NCBI RefSeq assembly: GCF_036567905.1 | Contig: NZ_DATCTO010000047.1 | Location: 6,552 to 70,551, forward strand | Reading direction: 5' to 3' | Length of the DNA: 64,000 nucleotides | From: Candidatus Binatus sp. | GTDB taxonomy: Bacteria > Desulfobacterota > Binatia > Binatales > Binataceae | Part shown: piece after piece, positions 47,978-56,844 of the stretch | Layout: every line of letters starts with the position of its first letter | Numbering within the stretch: the first letter of the stretch is position 1 | Made by a program: the position numbers and the translations under genes | The notes under the pieces: model-generated | The model's database searches: none | Seen by the model: the letters and a program-made list of their open reading frames with translations, nothing else | Told to the model about the DNA's origin: nothing

Positions 47978-48040
47978 GGCTGGATTGCTTTGCTTGCCAG
48001 TGCGGCGCATATTAGCAGGTGATATCTAAGGGAGATATTT

Positions 48041-48289
48041 GTGGCGAATCTGATGGAGTCGATATCCCTGAAGCTGCCCGAGGACCTGCTGGAAACCGGC
48101 GACCGATGCGCCCGCGCGCTCGGAATCCCACGCGCCGAATATATCCGCCGCGCCATCGAACGCATGAACCGCGAGGCCGAGGCCCACGCCCGCGCGGAGC
48201 GGATGGCGAGGGCGTCGCGCAAGGTCCGCAAGGAAAGCATGCGGGTGAATGCCGAGTTCGCCGCGATCGAGCGCGACCCGGATGCCTGA
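48041..48289 (+). CDS. ribbon-helix-helix (CopG-like) antitoxin
   Basis: ISLKLPEDLLETGDRCARALGIPRAEYIRRAIERMNRE is an RHH fold pattern. AAGGGAG lies 5 nt upstream of GTG 48041. The gene overlaps the toxin gene by 8 nt. Confidence 0.7.
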   Translation: MANLMESISLKLPEDLLETGDRCARALGIPRAEYIRRAIERMNREAEAHARAERMARASRKVRKESMRVNAEFAAIERDPDA

Positions 48290-48626
48290 GCGCGGCGAGA
48301 TTTGGCTCGCCAATTTGAGTCCCCGCCGCGGCACCGAGCCGGGCAAGACCCGTCCGGTGCTGATCCTCCAGGCGCAGGCGCTTATCGACGCCGGCCATCC
48401 TTCAACGCTGATAGTGCCCTTGACCACCAATCTTATCGACGACGCAGAGCCGTTGCGCATCCGCGTGCCCTTGCAGTCGTCGATCCGGCGCGACTCCGAT
48501 CTTCTCATCGACCAAACCCGCGCGATCGACAACCGCCGGCTCGTCAAAGGCCCGCTGTCACGTCTCGACGAGGCAATGATGGAGCGCGTCGCCGCCGCAC
48601 TCCGCGAAGTGCTTGACCTTGGCTAA
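48282..48626 (+). CDS. mazF: MazF/PemK family endoribonuclease toxin
   Basis: PERGEIWLANLSPRRGTEPGKTRPVLILQ..., LIVPLTTN, DSDLLIDQTRAIDNRRL. Confidence 0.8.
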   Translation: MPERGEIWLANLSPRRGTEPGKTRPVLILQAQALIDAGHPSTLIVPLTTNLIDDAEPLRIRVPLQSSIRRDSDLLIDQTRAIDNRRLVKGPLSRLDEAMMERVAAALREVLDLG

Positions 48627-48634
48627 ACTCAGAG

Positions 48635-48655
48635 CTCGCGGCGCCGCATCCGCGT
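48635..48655 (+). repeat. right copy of the 21-nt direct repeat flanking the toxin-antitoxin cassette
   Basis: See 47957..47977. This copy lies between the mazF stop and the convergent pckG stop. Confidence 0.7.
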
Positions 48656-48673
48656 CGTATCTCGGCAAATATA

Positions 48674-50491
48674 TCAGCGGCCGGCGGCGACTTGCTGCCC
48701 GGATACGTGGCCGCCCAGCGATTTGAGAATCGTTTGACGGCGTTCCTTCAATTGCTCCGGCATCGTCGGACCGATCTTTTCGAAGAACTCGCCGACGGAT
48801 TCGATTTCCGCCTTCCATTCCGTGAGATTTATGGCGAGCGCGTCTTGCGCAGCACTCTTGGGGAGATCGAGGCCCTTGAGATCGAGGTCTGCTTCATTGG
48901 GGACGATTCCAACCGGCGTCTGCCGCCCACCGGCGCGTCCATGGATTCGATCGAACATCCATTTGAGCACGCGCACGTTTTCGCCGTAGCCGGGCCAGAT
49001 AAAGTTGCCGGCGGCGTCCTTGCGAAACCAGTTGACCATGAAGACGCGCGGCGGCTTTTTGAGCGCGCTGTGCATCTTGAGCCAGTGCGCGAAATAATCG
49101 CCCATGTTGTAGCCGCAGAACGGCAGCATCGCCATCGGATCGCGCCGCAACACGCCGACCGCGCCTGCGGCCGCGGCCGTCGTTTCGGAACCCATCGTCG
49201 CGCCCATGAAGACGCCGTGTGTCCAGTCCGTCGATTCGAGCACCAGCGGCACCGTCGTGGCCCGCCGTCCGCCGAAGATGATAGCGGAGATCGGCACACC
49301 CCTGGGATCGTCCGCTTGCGGCGACCAGACCGGATTGTTGCGCATCGGAGTAGTGAAGCGGCTGTTGGGATGCGCCGCCTTGTCCGGCGAGCCTTTTTTC
49401 CACGGGCGTCCCTGCCAGTCGAGCAGACCGTCGGGCGCCGGCACGTCCATCCCTTCCCACCACACGTCACCGTCGGGAGTCATCGCGACGTTGGTGAAAA
49501 TCGAATCATGCTGGAGCATCCTCATCGCGTTCAGGTTCGATTTTTCGCTGTTACCGGGCGCGACGGCGAAGTAGCCGTTCTCGGGATTGACCGCCCACAG
49601 GCCGCCGTCCGAACCGACCCGTATCCACGCGATATCGTCGCCAATCGTGAACACCTTCCAGCCCTTGAACTCGGCCGGCGGCGTCAGCATCGCAAGATTG
49701 GTCTTGCCGCACATGCTCGGAAACGCGGCCGCGACATAAGTAGTCTCACCGTCGGGACTTTGCAGGCCGAGGATCAGCATGTGCTCGGCCAGCCAGCCTT
49801 CGTCACGGCCGAGCGAACTTGCGATTCGAAGCGCGAAACATTTCTTGCTGAGCAAAGCGTTGCCGCCGTAGCCGCTGCCGACCGAGATGATCGTGTTGTC
49901 CTGCGGGAAGTGGCAAATCAGCCGGCGCTCGGGATTCAAATCGAGCGTGCAATGAATTCCCCGATTGAAATCGCGCGACTCGCCAAGTTGATCGAGCGCC
50001 GCCGTGCCCATCCGCGTCATGATCCGCATGTTCAGCACGACGTAAATGCTGTCGGTGAGCTCGATGCCGACCTTCGAGAACGGCGACCCGAGCGGGCCCA
50101 GCACATACGGCACCACGTACATCGTGCGCCCGCGCATCGAGCCGTCGAGCCATCCGCGCAACTTGGCGTATGTCTGTGCTGGTTCGGACCAATTGTTGGT
50201 AGGCCCGGCGTCTATTTCCTTCGGAGTGCAGACGAAGGTCAGTTGTTCGGTGCGCGCGACGTCGTTGGGATTGGAGCGATGCAGGTAGCAGCCGGGCCGT
50301 TTGGCCTGATTGAGCTCGATCAATATTCCCTCGGCGACGGCCTGTTTGGTCAGGCGATCTTTCTCCGCCTCGGAACCGTCGCACCACACAACGGCATCGG
50401 GCCGGGTGAGCTGGGCGACTTTTCTGACCCAATCGCGCAACGCGCGGCCGCCGGTCGGTGAATTGGTTGTGTTGTGGGGATTGGGCGTCAC
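48674..50491 (-). CDS. pckG: phosphoenolpyruvate carboxykinase (GTP)
   Basis: 605 aa. GTP-PEPCK signatures: FPSMCGKTNLAML (kinase-1a), GDDIAWIR, FGGRR, and the WFRKD region. Confidence 0.95.
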   Translation of the reverse strand: MTPNPHNTTNSPTGGRALRDWVRKVAQLTRPDAVVWCDGSEAEKDRLTKQAVAEGILIELNQAKRPGCYLHRSNPNDVARTEQLTFVCTPKEIDAGPTNNWSEPAQTYAKLRGWLDGSMRGRTMYVVPYVLGPLGSPFSKVGIELTDSIYVVLNMRIMTRMGTAALDQLGESRDFNRGIHCTLDLNPERRLICHFPQDNTIISVGSGYGGNALLSKKCFALRIASSLGRDEGWLAEHMLILGLQSPDGETTYVAAAFPSMCGKTNLAMLTPPAEFKGWKVFTIGDDIAWIRVGSDGGLWAVNPENGYFAVAPGNSEKSNLNAMRMLQHDSIFTNVAMTPDGDVWWEGMDVPAPDGLLDWQGRPWKKGSPDKAAHPNSRFTTPMRNNPVWSPQADDPRGVPISAIIFGGRRATTVPLVLESTDWTHGVFMGATMGSETTAAAAGAVGVLRRDPMAMLPFCGYNMGDYFAHWLKMHSALKKPPRVFMVNWFRKDAAGNFIWPGYGENVRVLKWMFDRIHGRAGGRQTPVGIVPNEADLDLKGLDLPKSAAQDALAINLTEWKAEIESVGEFFEKIGPTMPEQLKERRQTILKSLGGHVSGQQVAAGR

Positions 50492-50595
50492 TTCATCGCT
50501 CCAGGTCGAAATTTGTGAGAGGTAATTCCTATTCCAACGGAGGTGCCAAATGCAATGAAGCGAACCATGGATCGTAATCCCGGGTTTTCATATTA

Positions 50596-50654
50596 CTTGT
50601 GAACTACTAAATTTGATATTAGATTTATTTGCGAACTACTACATTCGATATTAG
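50596..50654. promoter_or_regulatory. two 27-nt imperfect direct repeats (cTTGTGAACTACTAAATTTGATATTAG / tTTGCGAACTACTACATTCGATATTAG, 32-bp period) in the AT-rich pckG/malic-enzyme divergent intergenic region
   Basis: Read directly from the sequence: 23 of 27 positions identical. This is the lowest-GC stretch I noticed in the window. Confidence 0.45.
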
Positions 50655-50809
50655 GGGAAAACCTTTATTAGCACTGGCTTGAATGCAATTAGAGCGGTGC
50701 GGGGCAGGACAGCCGGCAGAATCGTCGAGCTTGCCAAGACCAACATCTTCCGGTGATCGGATCGGCGGCTTGGAGCTGAAAATCAGGATTGGAGGACAGC
50801 GAACGCAAA

Positions 50810-52438
50810 ATGGCAAGTTTACCGCGCGGCTTGGCGCTGCTGCGTGATCCGCAATTCAATAAATCGACCGCGTTCACCGAGTCTGAGCGCGAGACACTGG
50901 GCCTGCTCGGCCTTTTGCCCGAAGGGATCGATTCCGAGGAAGCTCAGATCCAGCGGGTGCACCTTCAGCTGTCGCAAAAGCCCAACGATCTGGAAAAGTA
51001 CATCTACTTGTCGCAACTGCAGGACACCGACGAAACGCTCTTCTTCTGCGTGCTCATGTCGGACCCGGTGCAATTCCTGCCGCTGGTTTACACCCCGACG
51101 GTGGGCGAGGCCTGCCTCCAGTTTGGCCACATCATGCGCCGGCCCAAGGGCCTTTACCTGTCGATCAAACGCAAGGGCCGTGTCCGCGAAATTCTCCGCA
51201 ATTGGCCGCAGCGCGACGTGCGCTTCATCGTGGTCAGCAGCGGGCAGCGAATTCTGGGGCTCGGCGATCTCGGCGCAAACGGCATGGGAATCCCGATCGG
51301 CAAGCTCGCGCTCTATACCGCATGCGCCGGCGTGCCGCCGCAGTACTCTCTCCCCATCCTCATCGACTGTGGCACTAACAATGAGACGTTGCTGCGCGAC
51401 CCGCTCTATCTCGGCTTGCGCCAGACGCGCCCGCCAATCGCGCAGTTGGATGAGTTTGTCGAAGAATTCATAACCGCGGTCCAGGAAGAGTTCCCTAGTT
51501 GCTGCGTCCAGTTCGAGGATTGGGCCGGCACCGACGCCATCCGGCTGCTTGCCCGCTACCGCGACCGGATTTGCTGCTTCAACGATGACATCCAGGGAAC
51601 CGCGGCCGTCGCCCTTGCGGGAATTCTTGGAGCGCTTCGCACCACCAGCGGGAAACTCTCCGACCAGACGTTCCTGTTCCTCGGCGCGGGTTCCGCCGCT
51701 ATCGGAATCTCAGGCCTGTTGACCGAAGAAATGATGCTCGAGGGGCTTCCAGCCGAGGATGCCCGCGCTCGACTCTGGTTGTTCGATATAAACGGACTGC
51801 TGGAAACGACCCGCAATGACCTGGCTGATTTCCACAAGCCTTACGCACATCGCCACTCGCCGACCAGGGATTTTGTCGCTGCGATCGAGTCGATCAAGCC
51901 CACCGCGATCATCGGCGTCAGCACGGTTGGCAAGGCCTTCAACCAGCGCGTGATCGAGGCGATTGCGCGCATCAACCGGCGCCCGATTATCTTCGCCTGC
52001 TCGAATCCGACCTCGCACTCCGAGTGCTCGGCGGAAGAGGCTTACCGCTGGTCGGAGGGCCGCGCCGTCTTCGCCAGCGGAAGCCCGTTTTCTCCGGTGC
52101 TGCTTAACGGCAAGACCTTTGTGCCCGGACAGGGCAACAACATCTACATCTTTCCCGCGATCGGTCTGGCGGTCTATGCCACCCGCGCAAGGCGCGTGAC
52201 CAATGAGATGTTCATCGCTGCCGCTCGCGCGGTGGCGGAGCGGGTGACGCCGGCCGAGCTCGATGCCGGGCTCATCTATCCTCCCGTGTCAACGATACTC
52301 GACACCGAGTTACATGCTGCCGCGCGCGTGGCGGAGGTGATTTTCGCGCGCGGTCTGGCGCGCGTCCCGGAGCCGAAGGATATCGCGCAGTTCGTCCGAG
52401 CGCAGACCTACAAGCCCGAATACCATCTGCTTGGATAA
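50810..52438 (+). CDS. maeA: NAD(P)-dependent malic enzyme (large SfcA/MaeA type)
   Basis: LLRDPQFNKSTAFTESERE, VYTPTVGEAC, FNDDIQGTAAVALAG, FLGAGSAAIGI, FACSNPTS. Start taken at ATG 50810 (MASLPRG). Confidence 0.9.
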   Translation: MASLPRGLALLRDPQFNKSTAFTESERETLGLLGLLPEGIDSEEAQIQRVHLQLSQKPNDLEKYIYLSQLQDTDETLFFCVLMSDPVQFLPLVYTPTVGEACLQFGHIMRRPKGLYLSIKRKGRVREILRNWPQRDVRFIVVSSGQRILGLGDLGANGMGIPIGKLALYTACAGVPPQYSLPILIDCGTNNETLLRDPLYLGLRQTRPPIAQLDEFVEEFITAVQEEFPSCCVQFEDWAGTDAIRLLARYRDRICCFNDDIQGTAAVALAGILGALRTTSGKLSDQTFLFLGAGSAAIGISGLLTEEMMLEGLPAEDARARLWLFDINGLLETTRNDLADFHKPYAHRHSPTRDFVAAIESIKPTAIIGVSTVGKAFNQRVIEAIARINRRPIIFACSNPTSHSECSAEEAYRWSEGRAVFASGSPFSPVLLNGKTFVPGQGNNIYIFPAIGLAVYATRARRVTNEMFIAAARAVAERVTPAELDAGLIYPPVSTILDTELHAAARVAEVIFARGLARVPEPKDIAQFVRAQTYKPEYHLLG

Positions 52439-52943
52439 CAGCGTCCATGCATCCTTATATATGCTCGCCGTATATCCTCGCTGCGGAGGCCTCCACATCG
52501 TGCCCGAGACTTTTCACAAGGAAAGCGCGCTCGCTCGATTCTTCAACCGCCTGATGGGCCGGGCCGTCAAGCTTGGAATCGCGCCCGGATACATGCGCCT
52601 GCTCGAAGTCCGCGGCAGAAAATCGGGGATGACCTTCACCACCCCCGTCAACCTGCTTGAATTCCAGGGACGGCGATGGCTGGTTGCGGCTCGCGGCGAG
52701 ACTGCCTGGGCCCGCAATGCGCGCGCTGCCGGTCGCGTCGTCCTGCGGCGCGGCGCCAGTTCCGAATCGTTGACGGTTCGCGAGCTTGCCGATGCCGACA
52801 AGCCCGAGATTATCAAAGCGTTCCTCGATCGCTTTGCGTCCCAGGTCCAGCGTTTCTTCGACGTGCCCGCCGGCTCGCCCGCCGCCGCGTTTGGTGCCGT
52901 CGCGTCGCGCACGCCGGTCTTTGAGCTGGTCGGCGACGCTTGA
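52431..52943 (+). CDS. DUF385 / deazaflavin (F420)-dependent nitroreductase family protein
   Basis: FNRLMGRAVKLG..., LLEVRGRKSGMTFTTPVNLLEF.GRRWLVAARGETAWARNARAAG. The start is uncertain (52431 or ATG 52461). Confidence 0.6.
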   Translation: MDNSVHASLYMLAVYPRCGGLHIVPETFHKESALARFFNRLMGRAVKLGIAPGYMRLLEVRGRKSGMTFTTPVNLLEFQGRRWLVAARGETAWARNARAAGRVVLRRGASSESLTVRELADADKPEIIKAFLDRFASQVQRFFDVPAGSPAAAFGAVASRTPVFELVGDA

Positions 52944-52962
52944 GGGTCCGCGAATTCATTTT

Positions 52963-54279
52963 GTGATTGATCCCGCGCCGCCGACGGCCCCGGCCCCGAA
53001 TCACGAGCAGCTCGATGCTGCCGCTGAGTCCGCCGGGCGCGAGCGGGTGACCGTTATCGCGCTGGTCGCGATGCTCTTTTACCAGGGCTTCGCGGCCTCG
53101 ATTGTCTCGGTCGCGGCGCCGTGGATCGCAACGAGCTTCCACCTCGACGGCGCTGGAATTGCCCGCCTGTTCGCGTGGATCTCGCTCTCGGCGCTGGGCG
53201 CGCTCGCGCTTTCGCGGATGATCGACCGGCACGGGCGTCGCCGCATGATCCTGTGGTGCGTCGCTGCGATTCCCGTTTGCAGCATCGCGGCGGCGCTCTC
53301 GAGCAATTTTGTCGCGTTCACCGCATTTCAGATCGCGCTCTACGCCGTCATCGGCGCCGCCGGCGCCGGCTGTATCGTGATGCTTTCCGAAGAACTCCCC
53401 ATCGCACGTCGCGCGCGCGGCCAAAGCTTCGGCGGTCTGGCGGCCTCGGTGGGAGCCGGATTCTGCGTGTTCCTCATGCCGATCTTCGTCGCCTACGGAT
53501 GGTCGTGGCGATGGATGTTCGTGATTTCGGCGGCGGGCATCGCGATGCTGCCCGCGATGGCGCGGCTGTTGCCCGAGAGCGGGCGATGGGAACGCTCTGA
53601 AAGTGAGGGGATCACCGCCAGGTCGCACTTTTACGATGTCTTTCAGCCGCTCTATCGCAAACGCTCGATCACGATGATCGTATGCGCGCTGGCCGTCGCA
53701 ATCTCGACCACTGCCGCCAACGCGTTCGGCTACTACCACGCGGTTTCCGTGGTCGGGCTGTCGGCCACCGCCGCCAGCACCATGACGATCGTCTCCGGCG
53801 GATTAGGCTTGGTTGGTTTTCCGCTCGGCGCGTGGGCCGCGGAGCGCTTCGGCCGCGTGCCGACGGTGGTCGGCTTCGGCATTTTCATCACCGCCGGACA
53901 TCTGTGGTTTTTTTGGGGACCGCCGGCGCATTTTGCGTGGCCGTTGATGTGGCTGGCGGGCGGCTATTTCTGGTTCAACGTATGCGACAACGGCGGCACC
54001 GTCGGGACCAACGCGGCCGCGACCGAACTGTTTCCCACCCCGCTGCGCGGCACGATGATCGGTTGGTTCGCACTGGTCGGCGCCATCGGCGCAGTTATTT
54101 CCAATGCCGCGGTCGCGATGCTGGCGAACGCGATGGGCGGGCTGTCGATCGTCGTCGGCGCGCTGTCGATCGTTGGCATCCCGGCTGCGATCCTGTTCGG
54201 TCTGGTGATCGATGAAACTCGCGGGATGTCGCTCGAGATGTCCGCCAAGGAAGAGGAATTCACCGCGTCCGAGAACTAG
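52963..54279 (+). CDS. MFS transporter
   Basis: About 12 predicted TM helices and an MFS loop motif (SRMIDRHGRRRM). I start it at GTG 52963, after the upstream stop. The track ORF start at 52786 overlaps the DUF385 gene. Confidence 0.8.
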   Translation: MIDPAPPTAPAPNHEQLDAAAESAGRERVTVIALVAMLFYQGFAASIVSVAAPWIATSFHLDGAGIARLFAWISLSALGALALSRMIDRHGRRRMILWCVAAIPVCSIAAALSSNFVAFTAFQIALYAVIGAAGAGCIVMLSEELPIARRARGQSFGGLAASVGAGFCVFLMPIFVAYGWSWRWMFVISAAGIAMLPAMARLLPESGRWERSESEGITARSHFYDVFQPLYRKRSITMIVCALAVAISTTAANAFGYYHAVSVVGLSATAASTMTIVSGGLGLVGFPLGAWAAERFGRVPTVVGFGIFITAGHLWFFWGPPAHFAWPLMWLAGGYFWFNVCDNGGTVGTNAAATELFPTPLRGTMIGWFALVGAIGAVISNAAVAMLANAMGGLSIVVGALSIVGIPAAILFGLVIDETRGMSLEMSAKEEEFTASEN

Positions 54280-54304
54280 CCCCCTCCTGCTCTTAACATT
54301 GGGT

Positions 54305-54321
54305 GCAGGGGTCACCCCTGC
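54305..54321. repeat. REP-like palindrome GCAGGGG-TCA-CCCCTGC between convergent genes. The loop TCA is the complement of the enoyl-CoA hydratase stop codon.
   Basis: Same element as 28141..28157 in the opposite orientation, with a compensatory C:G to G:C change in the stem. Confidence 0.5.
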
Positions 54322-55172
54322 CCGGTGAATTTCGGCTCCCGCCGCTGCAAGAATGCCTGCAGCCCTTCCTGACGGTCCCGGCTTATCTCCTGCGGATGGG
54401 TGAATAGGATGTATTCTCGCTCATCGATACGCACTTTGTTGTCCGTCGTCTTGTAGTGCCCGTACTTGACCGACTTGATGTAGAGCGGCGGAATCTTCTT
54501 GAGCAGCCCAGCCCAGCGGACCGCCTCGTCCATCAGATGCTCATCCGCTACGACCTTGTTGACCAGCCCGACCTCATAGGCGCGCTGCGCGTCCATGATC
54601 TGCCCGCCGTTCCATGCCAGCAGCATGAACTCGAGGCTGATCTTGAAGGGCATGTACGGCAGATACTCCATCGGTGGCAGCGGCGTGCCAATCCGTGCTT
54701 CCGGAAAACCCATCAGCATGCTCTCGCCGGCGATCGTAATGTCGCAGCCGCGAACGGCCAGTGCATAGCCTGCGCCGAGCGTGTAGCCCTTGATCGCGCC
54801 GACGATCGGCTTGAACACGGTGATGCCGTTTTGCGGATAGCCTTGATGGACCTGGAATGGCACTTCGCGATCGATCGCACCGGGGCTCACGTCCGCGCCG
54901 GCGCAGAAGTGCTTGCCGGCGCCCGTGAGGATGGCGACCTTGGCGGCCGGGTCGGCCTCGAACCGGCTCCAGGTCGCGCACAAGCCGTTGCTGAGCGCGC
55001 CATTGAGCGCGTTCATCTTTTCCGGCCGATTCAACGTGATGAAGGCGATTTCATCCCTCACCTCATAGAGGATCACATTCTCTGACTTCGCTTTCGCTGC
55101 CTTTGGCTTGGCGTTGCGCTTCTCCTGCGGTCTCAACATCCTAGCCATGACGTCTCTCCCCTGAATGGTCAC
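54312..55172 (-). CDS. enoyl-CoA hydratase/isomerase (crotonase) family protein
   Basis: IAFITLNRPEKMNAL, ILTGAGKHFCAGADV, GYTLGAGYALAVRGCDITIAG. Confidence 0.85.
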   Translation of the reverse strand: MTIQGRDVMARMLRPQEKRNAKPKAAKAKSENVILYEVRDEIAFITLNRPEKMNALNGALSNGLCATWSRFEADPAAKVAILTGAGKHFCAGADVSPGAIDREVPFQVHQGYPQNGITVFKPIVGAIKGYTLGAGYALAVRGCDITIAGESMLMGFPEARIGTPLPPMEYLPYMPFKISLEFMLLAWNGGQIMDAQRAYEVGLVNKVVADEHLMDEAVRWAGLLKKIPPLYIKSVKYGHYKTTDNKVRIDEREYILFTHPQEISRDRQEGLQAFLQRREPKFTGQG

Positions 55173-55378
55173 GCGGCCTCAGCGCCCGCACGCGCCGGCT
55201 CCGCGGTCACGTCCGCCACAGTGGTGTAAAGCGGAATTTTCATTTTGAACCGGAATTAAAACTCGCACCGATACCAGGCGGTTTGCAAACCTGAAGTTCA
55301 AGCCCCGCTTTGAGTCTGAAATCCTTTCCAGTGGCGCCGCGAGCGGCCGGTTTCGCGTCTCGCGGCCACGCAACGAAT

Positions 55379-55855
55379 TCATTCGACGGTCAGCTTCGTC
55401 TCGGCGAATTCCTTCTTTTCGAAATCCCAGGCGAACGCCGCGGCGCCCGCGAACTTGCCGGCGCGAATCGACATCACGATGTAAACGACGGCGGGATAGT
55501 CGGGCGCCGGCGGATCGAATGAGCACGCCTGCGCGCGATCGGTCGCGGAAAAGTACGCGTCGTGATCGGGGTGCGAATGGTAAACGGCGCGCAGCACGAG
55601 TTTGCGGCGATCGACTTCGTTCATTACCGCCAAATGCTCCTTCGGCTCCATCAGGAACCCCATGCGCGCGTCGCGCGGAAACGCCGCCGCGTCTTCGGCG
55701 TGCATGCGGTTCTGGATGTTGGCGACCGGGCGGACTTCTTCGACCGAGTTTTCGTTGTCGCCGATGATGAAGCCGCAGCATTCGAACGGGAACTCGCGCT
55801 CAGCCTGCGCGACGATCGCATCCATGCTCGCCCGGCGTATCGATGCTGCCTTCAT
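55379..55855 (-). CDS. JAMM/MPN+ (Mov34) family metalloprotease
   Basis: 159 aa. FPFECCGFIIG (Glu of the JAMM motif) and HSHPDHDAYFSATD (HxHx7Sx2D). ATG 55855 overlaps the panE stop (ATGA). The longer track ORF is an over-extension. Confidence 0.8.
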   Translation of the reverse strand: MKAASIRRASMDAIVAQAEREFPFECCGFIIGDNENSVEEVRPVANIQNRMHAEDAAAFPRDARMGFLMEPKEHLAVMNEVDRRKLVLRAVYHSHPDHDAYFSATDRAQACSFDPPAPDYPAVVYIVMSIRAGKFAGAAAFAWDFEKKEFAETKLTVE

Positions 55856-56844
55856 CGTTCTGCTTGAGTTTTCATTGTTCGCTGGCGCGCGCGCTCGGCA
55901 GCCCTGACGAGCCGCGTCAGCATTCGATTCGTCTCCGCGCCGACTCCCAGGCGATCGGCAAGCTCGACGATCTTGCCGTTGAGCGCGCCGATCTCGGTGC
56001 GTCCGCGAACATGAAGATCGTGCAGCATCGTCGGCCGATGACTGGACGTCGGCGGAATCATCTGCTCGTAAAAAACTTTTCGATATTCTGCCGCGCTCGA
56101 AAAGGGGATCGCGATGCCGAGCGCGCGCGCGACCGCGAACGCCTCCTCGATCGCGCGGTCCATGATCGGCTTCACGTCCGGATCCCCGGCGAGCGCCCCA
56201 TAGTGCTGCTGCAAAAGTGCGCCGAGCGGATTCAGCGCGACGTTGTACAGAACCTTGGTCCACAGCACGGGCATGATGTCGTCAACAGCGACCGCGGGAA
56301 CGCCGGCGGCGTCGATCATTGCGGCGATCGCGCGGGCGCGCGCCGCCAGTGCCGGCGAGTCCTCGCGATGAATCGCAGGCGCGGGTCCGATTGCGACCGG
56401 CTGCGCGAAAACCGTCACGTGCGCGCTGCCCGGCGAGGGTATTTCCGCGCCGAAGATCACGCGCGCGCCCAATACCCGCCGCCGTCCGAAGCTCTCGATC
56501 AACAACTCGATGTTGCCCAGGCCATTTTGCATCGAGACCACCGCGCCGTCGTCGCTCAAACGGCCGGCCAGCGCGGCCGCGATCGATTCGGTGTCATAAC
56601 TCTTGACCGCGCAAACGATTAACCCGAACCGCCTGCCAAGGCTGGCGGGATCGTCGGCGAGCCTCATGCCGGCGACAGTTCGATCGCCAAGCAGGCCCGA
56701 AATTCTTAAGCCCCCGCGTGCAATCGCCTCGAGATGCGCTCGGCGGCCAAGCAGCGTGACGTCGTGCCCTGCATCATGCAGCATGCCGCCGAGAATCGAG
56801 CCAATCGCGCCGGCGCCCGCGACTAGGATTGGAGAATCGGACAT
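55852..56844 (-). CDS. panE: 2-dehydropantoate 2-reductase (ketopantoate reductase, PanE/ApbA family)
   Basis: Rossmann motif ILVAGAGAIGSILGG. KSYD, and a C-terminal ApbA domain (PSSSHRPTMLHDL..GRTEI). Start taken at ATG 56844. Confidence 0.8.
   Translation of the reverse strand: MSDSPILVAGAGAIGSILGGMLHDAGHDVTLLGRRAHLEAIARGGLRISGLLGDRTVAGMRLADDPASLGRRFGLIVCAVKSYDTESIAAALAGRLSDDGAVVSMQNGLGNIELLIESFGRRRVLGARVIFGAEIPSPGSAHVTVFAQPVAIGPAPAIHREDSPALAARARAIAAMIDAAGVPAVAVDDIMPVLWTKVLYNVALNPLGALLQQHYGALAGDPDVKPIMDRAIEEAFAVARALGIAIPFSSAAEYRKVFYEQMIPPTSSHRPTMLHDLHVRGRTEIGALNGKIVELADRLGVGAETNRMLTRLVRAAERARQRTMKTQAER

Noticed and set aside
55173-55378. Searched the gap downstream of the JAMM gene for a ThiS/MoaD/CysO-like small ORF ending in Gly-Gly.
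   Set aside because: No ORF of 60 or more codons with a GG-stop ending exists on either strand. The gap contains only a hairpin (GCCGCGAG..CTCGCGGC) and a probable promoter for the crotonase gene.
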